59,235 bases of DNA from Eubacteriales bacterium (GTDB lineage: Bacteria > Bacillota > Clostridia > Oscillospirales > QAKW01), in assembly GCA_045612565.1 (NCBI GenBank), contig JAZKZG010000011.1, positions 1-59,235 on the forward strand, read 5' to 3'. Under the pieces are notes generated by a model, which was not told the origin of the DNA, searched no databases, and was given only the letters and a program-made list of their open reading frames with translations. Position numbers and translations under genes: made by a program. This document shows, piece by piece, positions 48,079 to 57,143 of the stretch (its first letter is position 1; the number at the start of each line of letters is the position of its first letter).

Positions 48079-49101
48079 ATGAAAATAATCTCTTTTGCCG
48101 TTCCATGTTATAACTCTGAAAAATATATGGAAAAGTGCATTGATTCCCTTTTAACAGGCGGAGAAGAAGTTGAAATTATAATTGTAAATGATGGTTCTTC
48201 TGATAAAACCGGTGAAATCGCCGACAGATATAAAGAACAATATCCATCTATAGTAAAAGTAGTTCATAAAGAAAACGGCGGACACGGTTCTGGCGTCAAT
48301 GCAGGTCTTAAAAATGCTACGGGTGAATATTTTAAAGTCATAGACTCCGATGACTGGGTTGATGAAAAATCACTTCAATCGGTTTTAACAGCACTTAAAA
48401 TGTTTATCGGATCATCAAAAAAATTAGATCTTCTGATTACTAATTATGTGTACGAACACGTTGAAGACAACACACAAAACATAATTGATTATGTTGGTAT
48501 TTTCCCTGAAAACAGAATATGTACATGGGATGATATGATAAGACTTGACCCTGTCAAATACATTATTATGCATTCGGTAACTTACAGAACACAGATTTTA
48601 AGAGACTCGGGACTTGTTTTGCCTGAACACACTTTTTATGTTGATAATCTTGTACTGTATGTTCCTCTACCGCTTGTTAAGAATATCTTTTATTTAAATA
48701 CAGATTTTTACAGATACTACATCGGTCGTGCTGATCAATCTGTAAACGAAAAAGTTATGATAAAGCGAATCGACCAACAAATCAGAGTTACACAAACAAT
48801 GCTTTATGCACATAATCTTGAAAAGTTAAGGTTAGAAAATAAGAATTTAGCAAAATATCTTGTTTATTATTTATCAATTATGTACACGATAACCACTACT
48901 TTACTTGCAATTGATAATTCAGATGAGTCTGATGATAAACGCGTAAAACTATGGCAAGATCTTAAAAAAGCAAATCCGAGAGTCTATAAACGAATAAGAT
49001 ATTTTTCAAAAGCATTCTTTATGTCACTTCCGGGACCATCCGGCAAAAAAATATCAAGAGGACTTTACAGAATAGCAAGAAGGGTTTATAAATTTAATTA
49101 A
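48079..49101 (+). CDS. family 2 glycosyltransferase
   Basis: 340 aa. ISFAVPCYNSEKYMEKCIDSLL, IIVNDGSSD and DSDD (DXD) motifs. Confidence 0.85.
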   Translation: MKIISFAVPCYNSEKYMEKCIDSLLTGGEEVEIIIVNDGSSDKTGEIADRYKEQYPSIVKVVHKENGGHGSGVNAGLKNATGEYFKVIDSDDWVDEKSLQSVLTALKMFIGSSKKLDLLITNYVYEHVEDNTQNIIDYVGIFPENRICTWDDMIRLDPVKYIIMHSVTYRTQILRDSGLVLPEHTFYVDNLVLYVPLPLVKNIFYLNTDFYRYYIGRADQSVNEKVMIKRIDQQIRVTQTMLYAHNLEKLRLENKNLAKYLVYYLSIMYTITTTLLAIDNSDESDDKRVKLWQDLKKANPRVYKRIRYFSKAFFMSLPGPSGKKISRGLYRIARRVYKFN

Positions 49102-49754
49102 TGAATATAAAACAACTATTTAAAAAATATTGGCATATACTTTATTTAATATACTTTTTGCTTTATATGCCATATTTCAATTTTTTAAACATATTTACAC
49201 CTACACGTGAAAACATTACGTTTATGCATTGTAAATTAGATGATATCATTCCATTTTGCGAGTTATTTGTAATCCCATATTTTTTATGGTTTGCATATAT
49301 TGCAATCGGATATTGTTTCTTTTTCTTTGCATCACGAAAAGAATTTACAAGGCTATGCATTTTTTTATATGTTGGTATGACTACCTGCCTTGTGATTTAT
49401 ACAATTTTCCCAAATGGTCAGAATCTGAGAATTGATTATCAACAACTAGGAAGAAGTAATGTTTTAATTGATGCAATTAAAACATTACAAGGTTTCGATT
49501 CATCATTCGATGTATTCCCGAGTATACATTGTTTAAACTCCATAGGTATGCATATTGCTATTCAAAAATCAAAACACATTAAACGGTTCAGAAAAGCTAT
49601 TGTGATCGGATCATTTATACTTTGTGTATTAATTATCTTATCGACAGTGTATACTAAACAACATTCAGTGTTAGATATTTTTGGTGCTTTAGGTCTTTCG
49701 GTTATTTTATATCTGATAGCATACATTCCCAAATATAACTTTATAAAAGAATAA
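49101..49754 (+). CDS. PAP2-superfamily membrane protein (PAP2_C / sphingomyelin-synthase-like)
   Basis: 217 aa polytopic protein. FPSIHC and KQHSVLD (H...D) motifs. TAATG overlap with the GT2 stop. Confidence 0.7.
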   Translation: MNIKQLFKKYWHILYLIYFLLYMPYFNFLNIFTPTRENITFMHCKLDDIIPFCELFVIPYFLWFAYIAIGYCFFFFASRKEFTRLCIFLYVGMTTCLVIYTIFPNGQNLRIDYQQLGRSNVLIDAIKTLQGFDSSFDVFPSIHCLNSIGMHIAIQKSKHIKRFRKAIVIGSFILCVLIILSTVYTKQHSVLDIFGALGLSVILYLIAYIPKYNFIKE

Positions 49755-49783
49755 AAAAGCAGGAGATTATCTCCTGCTTTTTT
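49753..49783. terminator. bidirectional terminator between PAP2 and mreB
   Basis: AAAAAGCAGGAG-ATTAT-CTCCTGCTTTTTT. Confidence 0.8.
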
Positions 49784-49786
49784 ATA

Positions 49787-50812
49787 TTACATACGTTTTT
49801 TTGATTTATGGAAAATAGATTGATCTGCACTTTCACGCTTGTCAATATAATCGAGTGATTTGCCTGTACCTATAGCAACACACGATACAGCATCATCAGC
49901 AACATAAGTTTTTATGCCAATCTTACTTTCGATTAACTTATCAAAATCTTTAATAAGTGAACCACCGCCCGTCATAACAACACCGTTTTGATAAATATCA
50001 CCAACAAGTTCCGGAGGTGTTCTTTCAAGTACACTGTGTATTGCATCAACAATGCAAAGTGCACATTCCTGAAGCGGTTGCATAATCTCACTCGAATTAA
50101 TTTCAATTGATTTGGGAAGACCGGTTAAAAGACATCTTCCTTTAATTGTCATTTTTAAAACTTCAGAATCTTTATAAACACAGCCAATCTCTTGCTTTAT
50201 GTTTTCGGCTGTACGTTCACCAATCAAAATATTATATGCCTTTTTGATATATTTCACAATAGATTCATCAAATTTATCACCGGCCATTTTAATTGAATCC
50301 GAAATAACAACCTCACCAAGTGATAACACAGCAATATCAGATGTACCGCCGCCAATATCAACAACAATATTTCCATTCGGCTTTACAATATCAATACCTG
50401 CACCGATTGCTGCAGCCTTTGGTTCTTCAATGAGTGCAACATATTTCGCACCTGCATTACGAGCAGCCTCTTCAACGGCCATTTCTTCAACTTCAGTAAC
50501 GCCTGAAGGTACACAAATAATAACACGAGGTTTAAAGAAAGATGATTTTATTACTTTGTTTAAAAAGTATTTAATCATCTTTTCTGTTGTTTCATAATCA
50601 GAAATAACACCATCACGTAAGGGTCTTATAGCAACAATGTTATTAGGTGTTCTGCCAACCATACGTCTTGCTTCTTCACCAACCGCCAAAACCTTATTAT
50701 TTGATTTATCAATGGCAACAACGCTTGGCTCTTTTAAAACAATGCCTTTGCCTTTGACATATACCAAGACCGTAGCTGTACCTAAATCTATTCCTACATC
50801 CTGTCCTATCAT
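49787..50812 (-). CDS. mreB: rod-shape-determining protein MreB/Mbl
   Basis: Actin-like ATPase motifs (GIDLGTA, DIGGGTSD). Start set at ATG 50812 (AAGGAGAA SD 6 nt upstream) rather than the ORF-track TTG at 50818. Confidence 0.92.
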   Translation of the reverse strand: MIGQDVGIDLGTATVLVYVKGKGIVLKEPSVVAIDKSNNKVLAVGEEARRMVGRTPNNIVAIRPLRDGVISDYETTEKMIKYFLNKVIKSSFFKPRVIICVPSGVTEVEEMAVEEAARNAGAKYVALIEEPKAAAIGAGIDIVKPNGNIVVDIGGGTSDIAVLSLGEVVISDSIKMAGDKFDESIVKYIKKAYNILIGERTAENIKQEIGCVYKDSEVLKMTIKGRCLLTGLPKSIEINSSEIMQPLQECALCIVDAIHSVLERTPPELVGDIYQNGVVMTGGGSLIKDFDKLIESKIGIKTYVADDAVSCVAIGTGKSLDYIDKRESADQSIFHKSKKRM

Positions 50813-50877
50813 CAACAATTCTCCTTAATTTTCCTGTTTATTAAATACATTATATAATAAAAATTACAAATTATCAA

Positions 50878-51549
50878 TTATTTTTTATAAGTAATTGCAA
50901 AAGTAGCAGTATAAACCTGTAAAGCCCCTGCCCTTTTCAGCATGAGAGCACACTCACTAAGTGTGGCACCGGTAGTAAAGACATCATCAATTAACAAAAT
51001 TGTTTTATATTTATATGTCGATAATGCACCAAATTGACCTTTGATATTTTTAAATCGTTCTTTTCTGTTTTTGTGCTTCTGATCTTTAAAAGAAAACTTT
51101 CGTTTTAAAGTATTGATAACAGGTAAACCGACAATATTTCCGACTGTATTCGCTATAACCTCAGCCTGATTAAATCTGCGCTTTATTTCTTTATACTTAT
51201 TCATAGGAACAAATGTTATAAAATCAAAACTTATGTCAGAATAATACAGTTTTACAGATTGTGCAATTTCTTTACCCATAAACTCGGCAAGCGGAGGCTT
51301 TTTACCGAATTTCATTCGTTTTACCAGAGTTGATGAAACACCATCATATTTTAGTACAGAAATATTTTTAACAAAAGCATAATCGCCTAATTTACAAAAG
51401 CATTCCGTCTGTTCTCTGCCGCAGTATTTGCATCGTGTTCCTTTAATCACAGGCATATTTAATGAACATTTTTTGCAAATTGGTACGATAGCTTTATGTA
51501 TAATCTCACCGCAATACACACATTTTTCAGGAAAAAGCAAAGATAACAT
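50878..51549 (-). CDS. comFC: ComF-family protein (ComFC, PRTase-like)
   Basis: 223 aa. N-terminal Cys4 (CVYCG...CKKC) and PRTase motif ILLIDDVFTTGATL. ATG directly follows the recD2 TAA. Confidence 0.85.
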   Translation of the reverse strand: MLSLLFPEKCVYCGEIIHKAIVPICKKCSLNMPVIKGTRCKYCGREQTECFCKLGDYAFVKNISVLKYDGVSSTLVKRMKFGKKPPLAEFMGKEIAQSVKLYYSDISFDFITFVPMNKYKEIKRRFNQAEVIANTVGNIVGLPVINTLKRKFSFKDQKHKNRKERFKNIKGQFGALSTYKYKTILLIDDVFTTGATLSECALMLKRAGALQVYTATFAITYKK

Positions 51550-53754
51550 TTAAATCACCGTAAAATACTTATTTAATAAATGTTTTAGTCCTGTATACCT
51601 GTTTGTTCTTTTATTATTATTGACCATATTTTCTATCACCTGATCATTTCCGACAATAATTAAAAGTTGCTTTGCACGGGTTACGGCAGTATACAGTAAA
51701 TTACGATATTGTAATAGAGGCGTCATATCCGAAATAACCAACAAAACCACATCAAATTCTGAGCCTTGACTTTTATGGACAGTAATGGCGTATGCTAGTT
51801 CTAATTGATCGACATCATTAAAATCATAAAACGCAATCCTATCCTCAAAATCAACATACATTTGTCTGTTTTTTTGGTCAATAACCGAAATTATTCCGAT
51901 ATCTCCGTTAAAAACGCCCGTCTCGTATGTTCCATCAGTTTTTTTACAAGTTATGTCATAATTATTTTTAGTCTGCATAACTTTATCGCCGACTCGATAA
52001 AGTCTATTTTTAATTGTTGCCTCTACTTTTGTTTCAGATGATTTATTAATTTCATCACGTAAAAGCATATTTATAGCCTGTGTACCTGTCGGACTTTTTT
52101 TGGTTGGAATAATAACCTGAACACCTGAAACCGCTGTTTTACCGTATTTTTGCGGAATTCTCTCTGACACGAGTGCTAAAACAGCATTTGATACATTTTC
52201 AATAGAGGATTTTTTTATAAAAAAGAAATCTTCACTATTTATTAAATCAGGCATTTCACCCCTGTTTATTTTATGCGCATTGGTTATAATTTTACTGCAT
52301 TTTGCCTGTCGGAATATTTCATTTAAAAAAACAGTGTGAATCTTTTCACTTTTTATAATATCCAAAAAGACATTTCCTGCACCAACACTCGGTAACTGAT
52401 CAGCATCTCCAACAAGAATCAGTCTGGTTTGTGATGTGATTGCATGCAAGAGCGATTCAAACAGTCGAACATCGACCATCGACATTTCATCAACAATTAC
52501 AACGTCGGTTTTTATAGGATTAGATTCATTTTTCACAAAACTGTTATCTTTCCCCATCTCAACTTCAAGTAATCTATGAATAGTCTTGGCATCCTTGCCG
52601 CACACATCACTGAGTCGTTTTGCCGCTCTACCTGTTGGAGCGCAGAGCGTTACAGTCATATTCAAAGAATCAAACAGTTTTATTATACCGTTTAATGTGG
52701 TTGTTTTTCCCGTACCCGGACCACCGGTTAATATCATAACTTTATTTTCTACAGATGTTCTTATAGCCATACGCTGATTCTGAGCGTATTTTATGTTTAA
52801 TCTATTTTCAATTAAATCAATATGTTTTTCAATATCGCTAAATGTGTGTGTTTCACACATAGAGATTTCAAAAAGTCTTTTTGCAACATAATTTTCTGCC
52901 GTGAAATAAGACGGTAAATACACCGCTTTTATATTATTAATATTAAGAGAAAATAGTTTTCCGGAATTTATTTGATTATTAACAGCGTTAGCTGCATCTT
53001 CAATTGAAACTCCTACATTTTCAGATGCAATTTCAATTAGTTTTGTATCGGGTAAAAAAGCATGTCCGTTTGACAAATTGTGACTTAAAATATATTTTAT
53101 AAAATAATTAAGCCTTATATCACTATCAAATGCAATTCCATTTTCAAGTGCAATCTTATCTGCTGACTGAAATGAAAAATCTTCTATCTCATCCCATAAT
53201 CTATATGGATCAGTATTTATTACATCAATCGAAAAACCGCCGAATTTATTATAAATTTTCACAGCCATATTTGGTGAAATACTATATTGAGAAAGTTGAA
53301 TCATTATATCTCTTATCCCAAGAGTTGATTTAAATGACTCGGATATTGATTTAGCCTTATCTTTTGACAATCCTTTAATTTGAACAAGCTTATCAGGTTC
53401 ATTTTCTATAACAAAAAAACTATCTTCTCTAAAGGTATCAATGATTTTTTGAGCAGTAGAAGGGCCAATCCCCTTTACAGCTCCGCTCGACAAAAATTTT
53501 AACATTCCATCGAGTTCATACGGAAAAGTCTTTTCAATATCATCGCACACAAACTGTCTGCCATATGCCGAGTGATTTTTCCACTCTCCCGAAGCGGTAA
53601 TGCTCTCTCCGGCAAAAATTTGAGGACACGTTGCTACCGATGTGTGTAATACACCATCACAATTAACCGTAAAAACCCGATACCCTGTATCTTCGTTTTC
53701 ATATATTATTTCTTCAATTACACCGTCTATGACGTTATTTTCATCAAAATTCAC
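51550..53754 (-). CDS. recD2: ATP-dependent RecD2-type SF1B DNA helicase
   Basis: 734 aa. Walker A GGPGTGKTT, DEMSMVD, VGDADQLPSVGAG and C-terminal TVHKSQGSE. GTG start 6 nt after GAGGT. Confidence 0.9.
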   Translation of the reverse strand: MNFDENNVIDGVIEEIIYENEDTGYRVFTVNCDGVLHTSVATCPQIFAGESITASGEWKNHSAYGRQFVCDDIEKTFPYELDGMLKFLSSGAVKGIGPSTAQKIIDTFREDSFFVIENEPDKLVQIKGLSKDKAKSISESFKSTLGIRDIMIQLSQYSISPNMAVKIYNKFGGFSIDVINTDPYRLWDEIEDFSFQSADKIALENGIAFDSDIRLNYFIKYILSHNLSNGHAFLPDTKLIEIASENVGVSIEDAANAVNNQINSGKLFSLNINNIKAVYLPSYFTAENYVAKRLFEISMCETHTFSDIEKHIDLIENRLNIKYAQNQRMAIRTSVENKVMILTGGPGTGKTTTLNGIIKLFDSLNMTVTLCAPTGRAAKRLSDVCGKDAKTIHRLLEVEMGKDNSFVKNESNPIKTDVVIVDEMSMVDVRLFESLLHAITSQTRLILVGDADQLPSVGAGNVFLDIIKSEKIHTVFLNEIFRQAKCSKIITNAHKINRGEMPDLINSEDFFFIKKSSIENVSNAVLALVSERIPQKYGKTAVSGVQVIIPTKKSPTGTQAINMLLRDEINKSSETKVEATIKNRLYRVGDKVMQTKNNYDITCKKTDGTYETGVFNGDIGIISVIDQKNRQMYVDFEDRIAFYDFNDVDQLELAYAITVHKSQGSEFDVVLLVISDMTPLLQYRNLLYTAVTRAKQLLIIVGNDQVIENMVNNNKRTNRYTGLKHLLNKYFTVI

Positions 53755-53769
53755 ATTATAACCTCAGCA

Positions 53770-53810
53770 ATAAAATAGTGCATATCAGATAACACCTGAT
53801 ACGCACTTTA
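53770..53810 (-). terminator. probable intrinsic terminator upstream of recD2
   Basis: 12-bp stem with one mismatch (AGTGCATATCAG/CTGATACGCACT), then AUUUUAUU on the minus strand. Confidence 0.5.
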
Positions 53811-53815
53811 TTTTA

Positions 53816-54142
53816 TCACATTCCAATGGATTTTTCCATAAAAATATTTTTATTTAACAAACAAAAATCATAAATAGTTTTGTATGTACTGTCACTAAGA
53901 CCGCAATCTTTAATTACTACTTTTGTTACAATATTTTTATAATTTATTTTTTCTGCCTGTAACAAAAGAGTGTTAAGCAAAAACTCCACGTCTTTTATAT
54001 CGCCAGATAAAGATACAGTCAAGCTTACATCATCAACAAAATATTTTGAGACCGACAAATCTTCCAAAATACCAACAAATATTTCAAGAAGTCCGAGTAC
54101 AGCAAAAAAAGAAATTATAATTAGTACAATTGTTTTTAGCAT
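53816..54142 (-). CDS. hypothetical membrane-anchored protein
   Basis: 108 aa. One N-terminal TM helix. GAGGTGA SD. No family recognised. Confidence 0.55.
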   Translation of the reverse strand: MLKTIVLIIISFFAVLGLLEIFVGILEDLSVSKYFVDDVSLTVSLSGDIKDVEFLLNTLLLQAEKINYKNIVTKVVIKDCGLSDSTYKTIYDFCLLNKNIFMEKSIGM

Positions 54143-54191
54143 TTTCTCACCTCAATACATAATATGAGAAATGCATTTAAGTGTTACAGTT

Positions 54192-54497
54192 CTAAATTTC
54201 AAAATCTATACATGTACGAGATGTTCTGACAGGACGCATAAAATCACCAACAGCAACATGTTTGGGGTGAACTTTATACTTCTCCAATTCATCAAGATTA
54301 TTAAAATCGGATATTAATATAAGGTCGTAATTATCAGATTTTTGATCTTTTGATCCAATAAAAGTTTTTGAAGACAGTATATATTCTATTTCGGATGGTA
54401 ATTTATCCAACATAGATTTTGTTATTTCAATATTTTGCTCTTTTGATCTTCCTTCAGCAAACTCCTTGAATTTAAACATACAAATATGTCGTATCAT
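54192..54497 (-). CDS. Dabb (stress-responsive A/B-barrel) domain protein
   Basis: 101 aa. [12 protein letters not shown]...HPKHVAV pattern typical of Dabb. ATG shares its A with the metK TAA (TAATG). Confidence 0.75.
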   Translation of the reverse strand: MIRHICMFKFKEFAEGRSKEQNIEITKSMLDKLPSEIEYILSSKTFIGSKDQKSDNYDLILISDFNNLDELEKYKVHPKHVAVGDFMRPVRTSRTCIDFEI

Positions 54498-55672
54498 TAT
54501 TTAAGACCCTCAACATAATTCTTGATTTCTGATGAAATAGATGTATCTTCCCAAGCTAGTGAAAGCTCACATCTACCCATCTGACCATAACTTGACAATG
54601 GTGTGTAAATAGGTCTGCGCAAATTAAAATTCGAAATGATTGCTGCAGGTCTGAGGTCAAAGAATCTGTTAATCACATCATTTATAACATCCATTGATAC
54701 AGTTTCTGTACCGAAGGTATCTGCATAAACAGATACAGGTTTTGCAACACCGATTGCATAAGCAATCTGTATTTCACATTTTGAAGCAAGTCCTGCTGCA
54801 ACAATATTTTTAGCAACATAACGTGCGGCATAAGCAGCACTTCTGTCAACTTTTGTCGGGTCTTTACCTGAGAATGCACCGCCACCGTGACGACCCATTC
54901 CACCGTATGTATCAACGATAATTTTTCTACCTGTAAGTCCACTGTCGCCAACTGGTCCGCCAACAACAAATCTACCTGTGGGATTGATAAATATTTTTGT
55001 ATCGTCATCCATAAGGTCAGATGGAATTATAGCATTAATAACATAATTTTTTATGTCTTCACGTATAGTATCGAGCGAAACATCATCGCTATGTTGAGTA
55101 GATACAACAACAGTATCAACTCTTGTAAGTTTTCCGTCATCATATTCTACTGTAACCTGTGTTTTACCATCGGGACGAAGATAATTTAAAATGCCATCTT
55201 TTCTGACATCTGTCAACTGTTTTGCAAGTTTATGTGCAAGAGATATCGATGCAGGCATAAGTTCAGGTGTTTCGTCACAAGCATATCCAAACATCATTCC
55301 TTGGTCACCTGCACCAATTTTCAAACCTTCTTCAGCATCATTTCTATCTACACCCATTGCAATATCAGGTGACTGTTCATCAATAGATACTATAACAGCG
55401 CAGGAATTACCGTCAAAACCAAATTCGGGATTGTTGTAACCGATTTCATTGATTGCATTTCTTGCAATTTTAGCATAATCAACAACCGCTGTCGTTGTGA
55501 TTTCACCCATAATATGAACAAGACCGGTTGTAACAGTTGTCTCACAGGCAACACGTGAATTTTCGTCTTGCTCTAACAACGCATCAAGAATTGAATCGGA
55601 TATTCTGTCACAAATTTTATCGGGATGACCCTCGGTAACTGATTCAGATGTAAAATAGTATTTATTACTCAT
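54497..55672 (-). CDS. metK: S-adenosylmethionine synthase
   Basis: [28 protein letters not shown] and [19 protein letters not shown] motifs. Start at ATG 55672 after AGGAGGA. The ORF-track extension to 55711 runs into the riboswitch terminator. Confidence 0.95.
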   Translation of the reverse strand: MSNKYYFTSESVTEGHPDKICDRISDSILDALLEQDENSRVACETTVTTGLVHIMGEITTTAVVDYAKIARNAINEIGYNNPEFGFDGNSCAVIVSIDEQSPDIAMGVDRNDAEEGLKIGAGDQGMMFGYACDETPELMPASISLAHKLAKQLTDVRKDGILNYLRPDGKTQVTVEYDDGKLTRVDTVVVSTQHSDDVSLDTIREDIKNYVINAIIPSDLMDDDTKIFINPTGRFVVGGPVGDSGLTGRKIIVDTYGGMGRHGGGAFSGKDPTKVDRSAAYAARYVAKNIVAAGLASKCEIQIAYAIGVAKPVSVYADTFGTETVSMDVINDVINRFFDLRPAAIISNFNLRRPIYTPLSSYGQMGRCELSLAWEDTSISSEIKNYVEGLK

Positions 55673-55689
55673 TTTTTCCTCCTTTAAAT

Positions 55690-55812
55690 AAAAAACCGCC
55701 CTTTTATACAAGAGCGGTAGATATTTTTATCTATCAGGAATTAACACCTTACACTTTTTTGCAGGTTGTCGGGCTTCACAGGGCCTGTCCCTCCGCCACT
55801 CTTGATAAAAGA
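55690..55812 (-). promoter_or_regulatory. SAM-I (S-box) riboswitch with terminator expression platform
   Basis: Minus strand reads UUAUCAAGAGUGGCGGAGGGACAGGCCCUGUGAAGCCCGACAACC...AAGGUGUUAAUUCC..., matching the SAM-I core. Terminator ACCGCUCUU-GUAUAA-AAGGGCGGU-UUUUUU follows. Confidence 0.9.
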
Positions 55813-55837
55813 TTTAACTATTAAATTTTACTAATGA

Positions 55838-55866
55838 ATTATATCCTAATTTCGACATTAAGTCAA
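55838..55866 (-). promoter_or_regulatory. sigma-A promoter of the SAM riboswitch-metK unit
   Basis: Minus strand reads TTGACT, 17 nt, TATAAT. The -35 overlaps the stop codon of the upstream gene. Confidence 0.65.
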
Positions 55867-56357
55867 GCAAAAATTTTCAAAAATGATACAACACCAAAAC
55901 TTGCCAGAGTCATAATAAGTCCAGCCACTAGTACACCGCTAACAATAGCAAAGAATGATTTTTTAAATCTCATTCCAGCAAGTGATGCAATAAGCGCACC
56001 CGTCCATGCACCTGTTCCAGGAAGTGGAATAGCTACAAAAGCAAACAACGCCCACAAAGATGCCTTATTCATTTTGGACGAACGCTCATTAGCCTTTTTT
56101 ATTAATTTATTTGAAATTTTATTAAAAAATGAATTTTTTGACTTTGACATCCACTCCAGAATTTTCTTTATAAATATAAGAATAAACGGAATAGGTAATA
56201 AATTGCCTATGACGCTTAGAAAAAAACATTCAAAAATATTCATCCCCATTGCTGCGCCAAGAGGAATCGCACCGCGAAGTTCAACAATCGGAAACATAGA
56301 TACAATTAAAACATAAACTTCAGCTGAAATATTTTTTAAAAATTCAAAAAGTTGCAT
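55863..56357 (-). CDS. small multidrug export protein (COG2426 family)
   Basis: 164 aa, 4-TM. PIVELRGAIPLG and IPLPGTGAWTGAL motifs. AGGAG SD. Confidence 0.75.
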   Translation of the reverse strand: MQLFEFLKNISAEVYVLIVSMFPIVELRGAIPLGAAMGMNIFECFFLSVIGNLLPIPFILIFIKKILEWMSKSKNSFFNKISNKLIKKANERSSKMNKASLWALFAFVAIPLPGTGAWTGALIASLAGMRFKKSFFAIVSGVLVAGLIMTLASFGVVSFLKIFA

Positions 56358-56414
56358 AAAGAACTCCTAAATTATTTTTTATATTATGTTACCACAAACT
56401 AAGTATAAAATCAA

Positions 56415-56948
56415 TTAAAATCTTTTTATTAACTTTCCTATATGTTTATACAAAAAGAATGTCAAAACAGAATTTATTGATGCTTTAATTATATTAAATG
56501 CACCTATCCATGGCAGCAAAGGAATTATCGCTTGTCTTGGAATGCCGCGATAAACAGGAGTAATAAAATAATTAAACATAAGCATTATCACTGTCATAAC
56601 CAAACAACCAACAATAAGACCTACAACAGCTCTTGATTTTGTTTTATTTTTTCTATATATAATCGCTGCAGGTACAATGAAGGCACAGGTTGATAAAATA
56701 TTCATTATACAACCAACGATACCATCGACAGACCAAAAAATCGCCTGAAATATTGCAACAATCGAAGAACACGCCATTCCATAAATCGGTCCTAACATAA
56801 ATGATAGTATTATTATCGGAACATCAGCAGGATCATATTTTAAAAACTCAACCTGAGGAAATATTGAAAATCCAATAAAAACAAGCACCATCGATACAGC
56901 CGCAAGCATTGCTGTTATAGTTATATTTTTAATTACTTTATTATTCAT
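56415..56948 (-). CDS. ribU: ECF transporter S component, riboflavin-specific (inferred from the FMN riboswitch)
   Basis: 177 aa from ATG 56948 (AGGAG SD directly after the riboswitch terminator). Polytopic ECF-S-like sequence. The ORF-track extension to 57026 lies inside the riboswitch. Confidence 0.8.
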   Translation of the reverse strand: MNNKVIKNITITAMLAAVSMVLVFIGFSIFPQVEFLKYDPADVPIIILSFMLGPIYGMACSSIVAIFQAIFWSVDGIVGCIMNILSTCAFIVPAAIIYRKNKTKSRAVVGLIVGCLVMTVIMLMFNYFITPVYRGIPRQAIIPLLPWIGAFNIIKASINSVLTFFLYKHIGKLIKRF

Positions 56949-56958
56949 ATTTACTCCT

Positions 56959-57126
56959 AAAAAAATACAAGCCCCCGCAATAAAGCAGGGGCTTACAAAA
57001 AACAATATTGTTATATCTTCTCTCACATCCGGACTATAACCGTCGGTACAGGAATCTCACCTGTTCGTGCCAATAGGCTTGCGGACTATACCGCCGGTGA
57101 GGGATTACACCTCGCCCCGAAAAGAT
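56959..57126 (-). promoter_or_regulatory. FMN riboswitch (RFN element) with terminator
   Basis: Minus strand reads AUCUUUUCGGGGCGAGGUGUAAUCCCUCACCGGCGGUAUAGUCCGCAAGCC...GGUGAGAUUCCUGUACCGACGGUUAUAGUCCGGAUGUGAGAGAAGAU, matching the RFN core. Terminator AAGCCCCUGC-UUUAUU-GCGGGGGCUU-GUAUUUUUUU follows. Confidence 0.9.
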
Positions 57127-57143
57127 TAAATATTAATTTTTAA

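Noticed and set aside
50199-50597. 132-aa plus-strand ORF
   Set aside because: It is antisense to mreB. Its Ser/Ile/Ala-rich translation is typical of the reverse frame of an actin-like gene.
55673-55711. ORF-track N-terminal extension of MetK
   Set aside because: It runs into the SAM riboswitch terminator. The canonical MetK N-terminus starts at ATG 55672, which has a strong SD.
55834-56316. 160-aa plus-strand ORF
   Set aside because: It is antisense to the COG2426 small multidrug export gene, whose sequence matches a known family. It also overlaps the metK promoter.
56949-57026. ORF-track N-terminal extension of RibU (MREDITILFFVSPCFIAGACIFLGVN)
   Set aside because: It lies inside the FMN riboswitch terminator and aptamer. 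ATG 56948 has an AGGAG SD.
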